A model generated the notes under the pieces. That model searched no databases, had not been told where the DNA came from, and saw only the letters and a list, made by a program, of their open reading frames with translations. The position numbers and the translations under genes are program-made. A DNA stretch of 64,000 nt. It comes from Lama guanicoe (Eukaryota). Where the stretch lies: contig MU056050.1 in the NCBI GenBank assembly GCA_013239625.1, positions 3,396,084 to 3,460,083 on the forward strand. Direction: 5' to 3'. Positions 40,401 to 52,150 of the stretch are shown here, in pieces (positions within the stretch are counted from its first letter, which is position 1; each line of letters begins with the position of its first letter).

Positions 40401-41906
40401 CTTCACATATTTCTATTAAATCCAAGCCCTTATACAAGTATATTCTTCTGTATCAAATGGCAACTGAACTGCTTGGAGGACTGGAAAGCTAACATACTAC
40501 CAAATCTTATAACCTGATGAGTAAATTTCAATTTTGTCACAAGATATGACAATTACTTTTTTTTAAATTATCCTAACACTAGTGTTAATATTCCATTAGT
40601 GATTCAGTTCTTAATAATTCTTTGTTTCTTCCTTATACCTAAAACTAATGATATTCTATGTAATCTCAAAGTTACAGTGGTCTCTACTTTCGTTGCTGGT
40701 TGAAATTAGAGTCTAGATTGACCTATTATTCCTATGCATACATCCAAGGGGGAAGGTGGAACCATGTATGTTTGCTTGTTTTTCCTTTTTGCTTTAGTCT
40801 TTAATGTTTTACTACCTGTGGCTATAGCTCAGCATTAAATGCCAAGGAAATTATCAAATACACGTTCAAGATTCTGAAAATCCACATTCCTTAATCATCA
40901 TGCCAGTTAGGTATAACTCTTGTCAACAGAAATTCTGACCATCATTGTGACTTCAGTGCAAGTAGAAAATAGTTACACCAGTCAAGATAGTGAATTATCA
41001 TCACAAGTCAGCTCCAGATTGTTCTCTAACCATCAAATTCTTCATTTTCTGCGAGAGTTCAAAGCACATCAATGACTCATTCAGCTTAAGCCAAAAACAA
41101 TTTCACCAATTAACTTCAATTTAATTTCAATTAAAAACCCCTCTCTGTATGCATTAATATACATACCATTTTTCATTTATAAACACTGTCATTTTCACAA
41201 ATGAAAATCTGGTCATTTTTCACAGATGTATTGAAGGATGAAGGAGATAAGTACAAAAACACTACCCCTTTTAGAAAGTGCTATTTTTATATGTATGCAT
41301 GTATTTAAAAGAGTCAAGCCTGCTCATGCAGTCACACCAACTAAAAATCTCTCTTTGACCTCAGTCAAAAGAACCTACAGTCTGTTTGAATCCAGTCTGA
41401 ATCCGTTTGAAACCTTACACATGCAATGTCTTAAATGGTTCTCCAAAGAAATCAAGTGTTTGAGCCTCCAGAGGCATTCCTAACGAAGAAAATGTCCTAG
41501 ATACCTACACCATATCACTGTCATATAGCCACAAACTTGCTGGTTGCCCTTTGCTACTTGTTCTCTTCTATATAATCCCATATCCGTTGGGTAAAGGCCA
41601 GCACTAATGAGGCTGAGGTGGGCGTTTGATCTTCATATGGGCCAGTTATCTTTTCTCTCTTCCACAGATACAGAAGAAAGCCTAACCCCAACCAGCTTCT
41701 GCAGAATTATGCGCCACAAAGTACAAAGGAACTAGCAAGGCCATCTGCATTTCTAAACTCAAGGGACATGTCCTGCTGACTGTGGGTCAGTGGGATCATC
41801 TTCATTTCACCTCTAAATCCTTCCATACCCCCAGATGAACTTCCTTAAAAGCCGGGCAACTGAGAAGATTAAGATAATGGAACCTGCAGCATATTTGCTC
41901 ATTCAA

Positions 41907-41907
<1 letters not shown>

Positions 41908-41950
<43 letters not shown>
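41908..41950. repeat. (TG)21 microsatellite
   Basis: Perfect TG run in unique DNA. Confidence 0.97.
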
Positions 41951-41951
<1 letters not shown>

Positions 41952-43479
41952 TACTGGGGGATGGGGTGTGAGGAATACATTCAAACAAGTAAATGAGGCT
42001 TATTATTACTCAAGCACCATTTAATACGAATACTTAAACAGAGGGTATGCACATCTGTGGGAACAATTCAGTTTTGAATATTCAAAAAAAAGCAGTGATA
42101 TTTTTCAATCCTTCTCCCAATTTTTCCTGTTGAGTAATCATGATATTTCTATATTTCTGCTCCTAGAAATCACAAACTCACTTCCATAAAATGGGATACT
42201 AAATCCTATTTTAGAGTAAGAACCTTGTTGCTTTTGGAACCAGTTTTTAGAATTATTTAAAAAAATAAACATTGGCATATCTGAATTATTAAGTATTTTA
42301 GGCATCCACCATGCTTTGACTATATCAAGCACAAAATGGGTGCTTAAGGTTTACATAATAAGAATAACAACATTGTTTTCCACTTTTAGTTCAGAGTTGA
42401 CACGCTATAGGCATCCATCATGAGCAATACATACTAGTTAGAATTTACTACTAAGCTGTAAGAGTTCACTATAAATCATTTTTAGATACCCCAGCTGTTT
42501 TTATTATGCTACCTTTAAAAATAAATCATCAGGACAATTTCTCAGGGATATATGATGTTGCCAAATACCTGGCTAGGTTAAATGAGAAAATACCAGTTCT
42601 TAATTCCAATAATATAACATTCATAAGCATTTTCAGAAATTAGTAGTAATTAAAACTGAAGGGCATTAGTATGTGCACTATGAGTGAGTGGGATCATAGA
42701 AAAAGGCTCCCAGAAAGAATTTTTTTCCTACTCATTTTGCCTGAACCATTAATCGCTACTAAACTATAATACAGATCCTCTCTCAAATATGTATCCTCTC
42801 AAATACCTAGCCTGGTACATAGTCAAGTACGGTCAGTTTCATTAATTCAAAGGTGACTTTCTAAATCCAACTCCAATTCAGAAACCCCTTTTTATGTTTT
42901 TTTTATACTTAATGAGGATTTTAAACTCCACCTTTTAATTTTTAGGTTAATTGTAACCCATGGGACACGAGTTACCTTTTGACACTCCCCCAAATTACTT
43001 GTTAACTGAAAGACATATACTCAAACTGAAGTCAAGAGGGTCAGGAGGAAAAGTAGTAGCTTCGGGACAAGGAGAATAGGAAAGGTTTTCTTACAAAGCC
43101 ACTTAGCGAAACCATTTAGCTAGAGGGCATTGTGCCAAGGCATTGTGCCAATTTCAAAGGCAAAGAAAGTTCCTGATAATTTCTGTATTCTTTCTTAGAA
43201 GCAAAATATACTCTTTGCAAATCCAGATTTCCTTTTTTTTTTTTTTTCAGTAGACCCAGCTCCTCAGTAAAATAATGTATTTCCAGAAACAGGGCAAATT
43301 GATCCCTGTAATGTCCCTCCTTTGCCTTCAGAAGTCCATTTAAATCATATTCAGGTATCCTTTTTTCTAGCAGTGGAGTTTTCCAAACCATTTTTAAAAG
43401 GAATTTTACCATCTCATAATTCCTTGGTTGTATGTACATGGACTAACACAATTTTAACAGATAATACAGTGATACAAAT

Positions 43480-43700
43480 GGCTATAGGTGGTACTAAGAA
43501 TCTACAGGCACAGTGACAGATTAGTGGTTGCTTAGGGCTGGGGGATGGGGGTACTGTGTTATAAGATGATGAAAATGTCCTAAAATTGACTAGTGTGACA
43601 GTTGCATCTCTCTGTGAAGATACTCAAGCACTGATGGGTGATTCAGTTAAATGGGCAAACTATAGAGTATGTTAATTATATATTAAAGTTATTATAAGAA
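43480..43700 (+). mobile_element. L1MB-type 3' UTR fragment
   Basis: 'cagattagtggttgcttagggctgggg...gatgatgaaaatgtcctaaaattgact'. Confidence 0.75.
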
Positions 43701-43719
43701 ATATAGACAGGAAGAATAC

Positions 43720-43980
43720 ATGGTAGTCATGAGTGCAGGATGACTATGTGGATTCTAAATTCCAGTCCTTGGACTTTTAAGCCTATAGGACATTGGGTAA
43801 ATTATGAAGTAACTTGAGTAACATTATGAAGCTTCAATTTTCACATCTGTAAAATGGAGGAAGACATATTGTACCTATGCACACACAGTTGTTTTGAACA
43901 ATAAATATGACCATGTATGGCAAAATGCTTATTAACCTAATGTCCGTATTCCAGTAAGTGCTCAATGTTTGCTAATTAGT
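43720..43980 (+). mobile_element. MIR SINE
   Basis: 'cttcaattttcacatctgtaaaatggag...cagtaagtgctcaat'. Confidence 0.75.
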
Positions 43981-43987
43981 CTTCTCC

Positions 43988-44490
43988 TCATTGATATCTA
44001 ATTCACACATTATAAAATACAGTCTTTTAAAGTGTACAAGTAAGTGATTTTTAGTATAACTACATAACTGTGCAACCATCACCACTATCTAAATCCAGAA
44101 TATTCCTATCACCCCAGAGAGAAATCCCATACTCACTAGCAGTGACTCTCCATTGCCCTCTCCCCATAGTGGTAAACAAAAATCTACTTTCTATCCCTAT
44201 GGATTTGGCTATTCTGGACATTTCATATAAATGAACTCATACAATATATGGCCTTGTGCATGCAGCTTTTTCACATAACATCATGTTTTTGAGGCTTATC
44301 CATGTTGCAGCATGTATCAGAACTTTATTTCTTTTTATGGTTGAATATATTCCCTGGAAACAGTGTGAAAAAAACATTTCACATTTTGTTTATCCATTCA
44401 TCATGTGATGAACATTTTGTGAATATCTTTTTTTTTTCTTGGCTATCATGAATAAGTCTGCTTTGAACACTCAAGTAAAATGCACATATG
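43988..44490 (-). mobile_element. L1MB7/8-like 3' end
   Basis: 'ttttaaagtgtacaag...tgtgcaaccatcaccactatctaa...ctatggatttggctattctggacatttcatataaatg'. Confidence 0.85.
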
Positions 44491-44704
44491 TTTGTTGTTG
44501 TTGTTTTCATCAAGGAGGGAATAAAAACTCCTGTGTACCTTCCTACTCAGCATCCCACATCAGTATAGGTCTCAATGTCCAAGATATGTATATAGGATAA
44601 AGTGATAACATTTTAAATGTTCACAACTGATAGAAAATAAAAGTAAATGAAATCATCTTTTTAAATATGAAAAAGGAAAATATCTACTAATATTGTATTT
44701 ATTT

Positions 44705-45918
44705 ATATTTTAAGTTGAGGTTTAAGTGACATATAGCATTGTATTAGTTTCAAGTATATAAAGGAAAGATTTGATATCTGTATACATTGTGACATGATCA
44801 TCACAATATGTATAGTTAACATCTGTCACTACACATAGTTAGTTTTTTTCTTGTGTTGAGAACTTTAAAGATTTACTCACTTAGCAACTTTCAAATATGC
44901 AATACAATATTATTAACCATAGTCACCATGGTGTACATTACATCTTCATGACTTATTTATTTTATAACAGGGTATCTGTACCTTTAGATCCCCTGCATCC
45001 ATTTCACTCACCCCCCAACTCTCTGCCTTTGGCAACCACCCCAATCTATTCTTTGTACCTAGCAGTCTGGGTCTGTGTGTGTGTGTGTGTGTGTGTGTGT
45101 TCTGTTTTGTTTTTGTTTGTTTGTTTGTTTGTTAGGTTCCACATATAAGTAAGATCATACAGCATTTGTCTTTCACTGTCTGATTTATTTCACTTAGTAT
45201 AATGCCTTCAAGGTCTACCCATTTCACAAATGGCAAGGTTTCATTTTTTTTATGGCTGAATGGTATTTCATTTTGTGTGTGTATATATAAAAATCACATT
45301 TTCACTATCCATTCATCCATCAGTGGACACCTGGATTGTTTCCATATCTTGGTTATTGTAAATAATGCTACAATGAACATGTGGCTGCATAAATATTTTC
45401 TAATTAGTGTTTTTGTTTTCTTTGGATACATATTCATGTAGAATTCCTGGATCACGTCATGGTTTCATTTTTAATTTTTTAGGGAACCTCCACAATGTTT
45501 CCTATAATGGAGGTATCAGTTTATATTCCTACCAACAGTGCACAAGGGTTCACTTTTCTCCACACCCTAATAATTGTTATCTCTTGTCATTTTGATAATA
45601 ACCATCCTAACACATGTGAGGTGATAGCTCATTGTGGCTTTGATTTGCATTATCTGATGTTTTTGATATTGAGCACCTTTTCATATACTTATTGACAATT
45701 TGTGTGTCTTATTTGGAAAAACATTTATTCAGATCTTTTCCCATTTTTAAAATCAGGTTCTTTCTTTCTTTCTTTCTTTTCTTGCGATTGAGTTATATTT
45801 GGATATTAGCCTCTTATCAGATACTTGCAAATATTTTCTCCCTCTCCCTAGTTTGTCTTTTAATTTTATCAGTTGTTACCTTTTATATACAGAGGTTCTT
45901 AGTTTGATGTAGTCCCAC
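44705..45918 (-). mobile_element. L1 (L1MA9-like) 3' part with internal (TG)n
   Basis: Antisense L1 3' UTR and ORF2 end ('gaacctccacaatgtttcc', 'ggctttgatttgcatt'); (TG)n at ~45074-45100. Confidence 0.85.
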
Positions 45919-45929
45919 ATCAAAAAAAA

Positions 45930-46402
45930 ATTTTTATTGAAGTGGAGTCTGTTTTCAATGTTGTGTTAATTTCTGGTGTACAGCATAGTGATTCAGTTAT
46001 ATATATATATATATATATATATACTCCTTTTCATATTCTTTTTCATTATAGGCTATTATAAGGTATTGAATATAGTTCCCTGTGCTATATAGTAGAAACT
46101 TGTTTATCTATTTCATATGTAGTAGTTAGTATCTGCAAATCCAGAACTCCCAATTTATCTCCCCACTCTCCTATTTCACCCCTGGCAACCATAAGTTTAT
46201 TTTTTAATGTCTATGAGTCTGTTTCTGTTTTGTAAATAAGCTCATTTGTATCATTTTTATAGGTTCCACATATAAGTGATATCATACAGTATTCTTCTTT
46301 CTCTTTCTGGCTCATTTTACTTAGTATGACAATCTCCACATCCATCCATGTTGTTGCAAATGGCATTATTTTATTTTTTATGGCTGAGTAGTATTCCACT
46401 AT

Positions 46403-46443
<41 letters not shown>

Positions 46444-46999
46444 ACACACCACCACTTCTTTATCCAATCATCTGTTGATGGACATTTAGGCTCTTTCCAT
46501 ATCTTGGCTATTGTAAGTAGTGCTGCTATGAACATTGACATGCATGTATCTTTTTGAATTAGAGTTTCCTCTGGATGGATGCCCAGGAGTGGGATTGATG
46601 GATCATTGGGTAAAGCTATTTTTAGTTTTTTAAGGAATCTCCATACTGTTTTCCATAATTGCTGCACCAAAATACATTCCTACCAACAGTGTAGGAGAGT
46701 TCCCTTTTCTCCACACCCTCTCCAGCATTCATTACTTGTGGACTTTTGAATGATGGCCATTCTGACCAGTGTGAGGTAATACCTCATTGTAGTTTTGATT
46801 TGCATTTCTCTGATAATTATCGATATTGAGAATTTCTTTTCATGTGCCTATTGGCCACCATTTGTATGTCTTCATTGGAGAATTGCTTGTTTAGGTCTTC
46901 TGCTCATTTTTGGATTGGGTTGTTTGTTTTTTTGTTATTGAGTTGTATGAGCTGTTTGTATATTCTGGAAATCAAGCCCTTGTCAGCATTATTTGCAAA
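45930..46999 (-). mobile_element. Younger artiodactyl/camelid-type L1 3' part with (TA)n and (CA)n expansions
   Basis: Minus ORF 46371-46670 '[29 protein letters not shown]...CPSTDDWIKK'; (TA)n ~45998-46023; (CA)n ~46408-46440. Confidence 0.92.
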
Positions 47000-47084
47000 G
47001 GTACTTTTGTCCACAGATGGCTGTCAAATTATTGTTGCTGAGGGTGTATATGAGTGTGATACCTTCTATACCACCATCTTGCTG

Positions 47085-47240
47085 ATTCCACCCATTTTTC
47101 AAACTAGATTATTTATTTTTATATTTTGACTTGTAACAAGTTTCTTATATATTCTGGATATAAGTCCATTAATCGATATATGGTTTGCAAATGTTTTCTC
47201 CCATTTTATGGGGTGCATTTCACTTTCTTGATGGTATCTT
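47085..47240 (-). mobile_element. Old L1 ORF2 fragment
   Basis: 'ttatatattctggatataagtcc...tggtttgcaaatgttttctcccatt...ttcactttcttgatggtatc'. Confidence 0.75.
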
Positions 47241-48889
47241 CCTCTTCCCCCTCTCTGCTTTCATCCTCCTTCTATTATCATTATCATTATTATTATTAAT
47301 TCTAATAATTTCTATTATCTATAGGAAGTAAAAAAGTGCTCATTAGAAATACTGATGTGATCACATTCCCATTCACATTTCCTTGTAATTTCTAGATGAT
47401 TCTGATGTAAGCAACACAGACAGATTATTCCAGAACCTGACAGCTGGAGAAGTACAGAATCTTCAAAGTGACAGCAGAAACAGTATCAAATGTCAGCCAG
47501 AAAGCAGGGTCTCAGGGGACATTTAATGTGCTGTTGAAAATAAGCAGTGAAGTTAACCAACCACGCTTAGGGAGACAGACCAAATTCACAGAAAATCTGC
47601 AAATCTCAAATGGACAGGGTCAAACAGGAACAGCACCAAATGGCTCTTCAAATGGTTGTTTTTGCATTGCTTTACTTTTTATCGTTTCATAAATTAAAAG
47701 CAATGCAGAAACAAGAACACATAATTAAAGCAGAATGCTGTCCTTTTCAATTACTGAAGTAATTGGATGAAGTGGAGAAATTTAACACATTCGGTTTTAA
47801 ATGAAGACACTGTATACTGGAGGGAGCCCAACTAGTGTTACCAAAACCTTGCTTGCCCTCTTGCAGGAGCAAGCTCAGCTCCTCCCATAGTGCCACACAA
47901 CCAAGTATCTAAAAAAACCTAATCAAAGGAAGCAACCAGATTTCTCATCTCCTTTAAATATATCATCATCATCACCATAACAATAATGTGAAAAGGACAT
48001 TTAGTTCATTTTGCACATGAAGACTAATATTGTTAAAATAAAAACAACTGCAATCCAATGAACAGATATTAACAGATCTCAAACAACACAGATAAGGCAA
48101 CTCCCACTCCCCTGCTTGCCCCACCAAGTGCTTTTATGAGCAGAACACAAATGTTTCAGGATTTGCCAACATAAAACGGTAACAGAGAAATGGCTGTTCC
48201 CTCAAACACATTTTCCAAAAGTGGCATAAATTTCATCAGATAAATTTTAAGGTAGTATGTTGACATGGTAGTAGCTAAGATTACTATAAGAAGACAGTAG
48301 AAAGTGACTGAAAATCTTAAGGAAGAAAAAATAGCTAATATTGATTGAAAATTTACTATATTCTAATTTACTATGCTCTAATTTAATTTAAACAAAGTTA
48401 AGAGATAACTCCAAAATCAAATATGTAATCTATGACTGTCAAAGTCCTCTTTGGGGAAGGCCCTAGAAGTGGAAGTCAACATGTAAAAATATCCATATCT
48501 TTTGACTAGCTTTTCTGCATGGGTTCAAATTCCATCTCTGCAGTTTCACTAGCAGCATGACCTTGAGCAAGTTACTGAACCTCAGTTTTTAAAAATGGGA
48601 ACTTTTGTGAAGATTAAATGAGTCAATACCCCTAAACCAATTTTCTCATTTGCAGAAAGAGGTGACTGGCTTAGATTGGTAGTTTTCAAATTATTTTCAG
48701 GTTTTCAAAGACTTTTCAGGCTGCCTCTACTGGAAGAAAAAGAATGGATCCACAGAGGTAGTGGTTGCAGGGTGGGGCGTGGCTGATCAGCCCTGTCATT
48801 TCTGCTATCCTCTCCCATTCAACCAGAATAGCTCATCTTTTGCCTGCTCTATAGGTTTGGGTTTCATTAAAGATAACTTTTGGGAGGAA

Positions 48890-49122
48890 TGGTAAGCATT
48901 TTAATGACATTTTCTTTATGCCAAGCAGTCTCCTAAGTGCTTTTTTATGCATTAGCTTATTTAATCTTCACATGATCCCCATTTTTCAGATGAGATAACT
49001 GAGGCACAGAGAAGTTAAGTACCTTGCCCATGTTCTCATAGCTAGTAAATAAAAAAAGCAAAGTTGAATCCAGGCAGCCTGGCTCCACCATTCACGCTCT
49101 TAACCACTAAGCTACACTACCT
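48890..49122 (-). mobile_element. MIR SINE
   Basis: 'atccccatttttcagatgagataactgaggcacagagaagttaagtaccttgccca...cacgctcttaaccact'. Confidence 0.9.
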
Positions 49123-50379
49123 CAAAAACAGAAGTTTCTGTTGTTTAAAAAATGAAAATAAAATTTTGAAGCCCATTAGACTATATGAGCTCTAAAAACC
49201 TCGTTAGCTTTAGAAATTCCATAGCTCTACAATGAGGTAATTAAACTAGTACCAGAATTTAGTTACAGTGTAGACCCAAGGGTCAAGATACAATCAACTA
49301 AACCTCCTATACAATCTCTAGCTACAATCCTGCACCGCAAAAAAGAACATTTCAGAAGAATGAACACTAGATAACTCAAATTTTTAATTATTTTGAAGAA
49401 ACAGCCACTTACCTGCAATACTTTTGTACTGGTTCCTTCACTAGCAGAAGATCCACAGGAACCTTCTGGTTGTGTCAGTTGTTTCAGAGGTTGGGGCTTC
49501 AGGATGAAGATGCTATTTATGTCTCATGTTTACTATCTTGAAACTATCCTAAATCCAGAGTACATCCGTTATCTACGGTAATCAGTGTTTCCTGGGCCCT
49601 GAGTTGTAACTACCTATCTGACTCTAAACCTCTAGCTTTATTTTCTGGGTTTTCTAGCTGCTGACACCCTTGCCCTATACCCCACCTTAGAGGACCCTGA
49701 ATTGGCTCTCACCTAGACTATCTCCTGCTTGCAGAATAAGAATGTTGCAGAGCCAGGGAGCCACACCCACACTGAGCCTGATTTCTCCTCCATTCAGACC
49801 ACGTTGCACCCTACACTTCCTTGCCCAAATGGTCTACATAGAGCTGGGAATGCCAAGGAAGGGGGTCAGGTCGCAGGCTTGAGTCTCCATTTGTATTTTG
49901 GCTCCAAGACTCACTGGGATGAGCCTGTTTGCTAGCTTAGGTATACTACACCCTTGTTGTGTGCTCCTAAGCCTTAATTTTGGCTCCCTACCCCATTTCT
50001 AACTTTCTGTAGTCCATTTTCTAATTCTCTGTCATCAGGAATTCCAAAGGTTTCAGAAAGATTAATTCCTATTCACAATTTAAAATCTAGTCAAGTATCT
50101 TATCTGTGGGGAAACCTTTCCTGACCTCTTCAACATGTGTTAGGCATCCCTTTGCACAACAGGATTATTTATATCACTTGTATTATTTCTGGGGTTTACC
50201 TATGTTTTTTCTACTAGATGAAGCTCATTAAGGATAGGAATGATGTCTTTTACTCTCATACCTAGTACATTACAAATACTCAATAAAGTTTGCTGAACTG
50301 AACTCAGGTTTCTTTTGTACTATTTCTGTGCTTTTTTCCAGTACACTGACCTTCCTCTCCTTTCCTAGAATCTAATGGA

Positions 50380-50598
50380 GAATTTCTTAACCTCATCACT
50401 ACTGACATTTGGGGCTGGAAAATTCTTTGTTGGGGGAGGGAGGGGCCTTGTGCATTGCATGTTTAGTAGCGTCCCTGGCCTTTGTCCACCAGATGCTAAG
50501 TAGCATCTCCTCCTAAGTTGTGACAATCAAAATATGTCTCCGGGAATATCCAAATGTCCCCTGAGGTGGGGGGAATCACCCCCAGATGAGAACTACTG
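50380..50598. mobile_element. MER20 hAT-Charlie element
   Basis: 'ttcttaacctcatcactactgacatttggggctggaaaattctttgttggggg...gttgtgacaatcaaaatatgtctcc...gagaactactg'. Confidence 0.88.
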
Positions 50599-50639
50599 TC
50601 CTATCGCCACAAATTGTTGTCCTACTTTCTTTGCATTAG

Positions 50640-50925
50640 TCATTCCTGCCTTTCCTTCCCCTTTCAACTTAAATGTCATTTACTTAGGGAAGCCTTCCTT
50701 GTCCACCAGACTGAGTTTAAGGCCCCTGATATATTTTTATAGCACCTGGTAATTATCCTTCAACATACTTATCACAATTTTAATTTTATGACTATTTCCT
50801 ATCTGTCTCAATTATTAATTCCATAAAGCAGAGACTGTGTCTATTTAATTGCTAAATGCCTAATGCTTTGCATAGTTACTAGTATATAGTAGGTGCTCAA
50901 GAAATATTTTTTAAATGAATGGATG
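50640..50925 (+). mobile_element. L2 3' end
   Basis: 'aaatgtcatttacttagggaagccttcc...atatagtaggtgctcaagaaatatttttaaatgaatg'. Confidence 0.75.
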
Positions 50926-51959
50926 ATAGTTAATTGCCCTGTCTTATCTGTTCATAGCTCCATCACAGCCCGCACCAAATTTCTAGAGTAAACCTCTGTT
51001 AACGCTGTGGCACTTCTTTAGGATGAGGGAAGGAGGTAACATCTCACCTGCCTCCTCAGTATGTACCACAAGACCTGGCACATGATACACACCTATTTCT
51101 TAATATGCACATACACAGTGTGCTGTCCTTTATTGAATTTACTAAGGAAGGAAATTTACTTATTGGGCTTTTAACTAGCAATAAACTAAAAATGAATTTA
51201 GGCTTAATAGTCAGTTAACAAAAAAAATGTGATTAAGTTGACACTCCTACTCCAACGCAAATATTATCTCTCATCTGAAAGATATATTTACTTCTGTACC
51301 AACATATCATAATGTCAAAAAGCTCCAGAAATGCAGTCAGTTTAAAAAAAAAACTGTCTATAAACTGCCAAATAATTTGACTGACTTTTTCCCAATGACT
51401 GAATGTTTCAACATTAAGTAGAGAAAGCTTGATACCAGGAACATAAAGGAAAGAGAGAGGAAAACAGCACACATAAGTTTTGGCCATAAGTCAGGTTGAA
51501 GTATTTTGTTTCTTTATTCAATGCTGGCTTTTCATGTCCTAAAGTGAGTCCAATTTTGAGGCTTCAACTTGACAGGGAAGATATCAGAGAACAGAAAGGA
51601 GACATGAGGAGGAGGGAAGGGTAACATTTTTCTGTGCAGTTTTTCTTGGCATGACCCTTGCAAGGGAAATATGAAGGAAAAGTGTGTGAGACAGGAGTTA
51701 AGTGGCAAATGAAACTATTGTGTTTAAGGCAAGCATAATATGCATGCCATGCTGGACAGATAAAAAATGCATAGCCGCAAAAGCACGTTTGATGTGATCT
51801 ACAAGCACGTGTAAGGCTTTGGGAAAATACAGTCATTTCCTTTTCTAATGTTTGTCACTCTCTAAATTGTAAAAATCTTGTTTCCAAAAAGAAAAAAAAA
51901 TTCAGCCACACGACTGCAATCCATATAAGCAAGTTATATATTAATAATCATGATCCTAG

Positions 51960-52150
51960 CTGCCTTTTATTGACTGTTCACAAAAGTTTAGTCACACTAC
52001 ATGCATAAATTATAAAGCTCACCCAAATCCTATGAAGTAATTGTTATTATCTCAATTTTACAAAGAGAAAACAGAGGCTCAAGCAATTTGGAGAACTTGC
52101 ACCAGGTCTGGCAGCTAGTAAGTGGCAGGGCTGGGATTTGAATTCAGGTT
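51960..52150 (-). mobile_element. MIR SINE
   Basis: 'ttattatctcaattttacaaagagaaaacagaggctc...gctagtaagtggcagggctgggatttgaattcagg'. Confidence 0.8.

Noticed and set aside
47395..47526. + strand acceptor-like site followed by DDSDVSNTDRLFQNLTAGEVQ...
   Set aside because: The frame ends in a stop after ~43 codons and I recognise no homology; likely chance.
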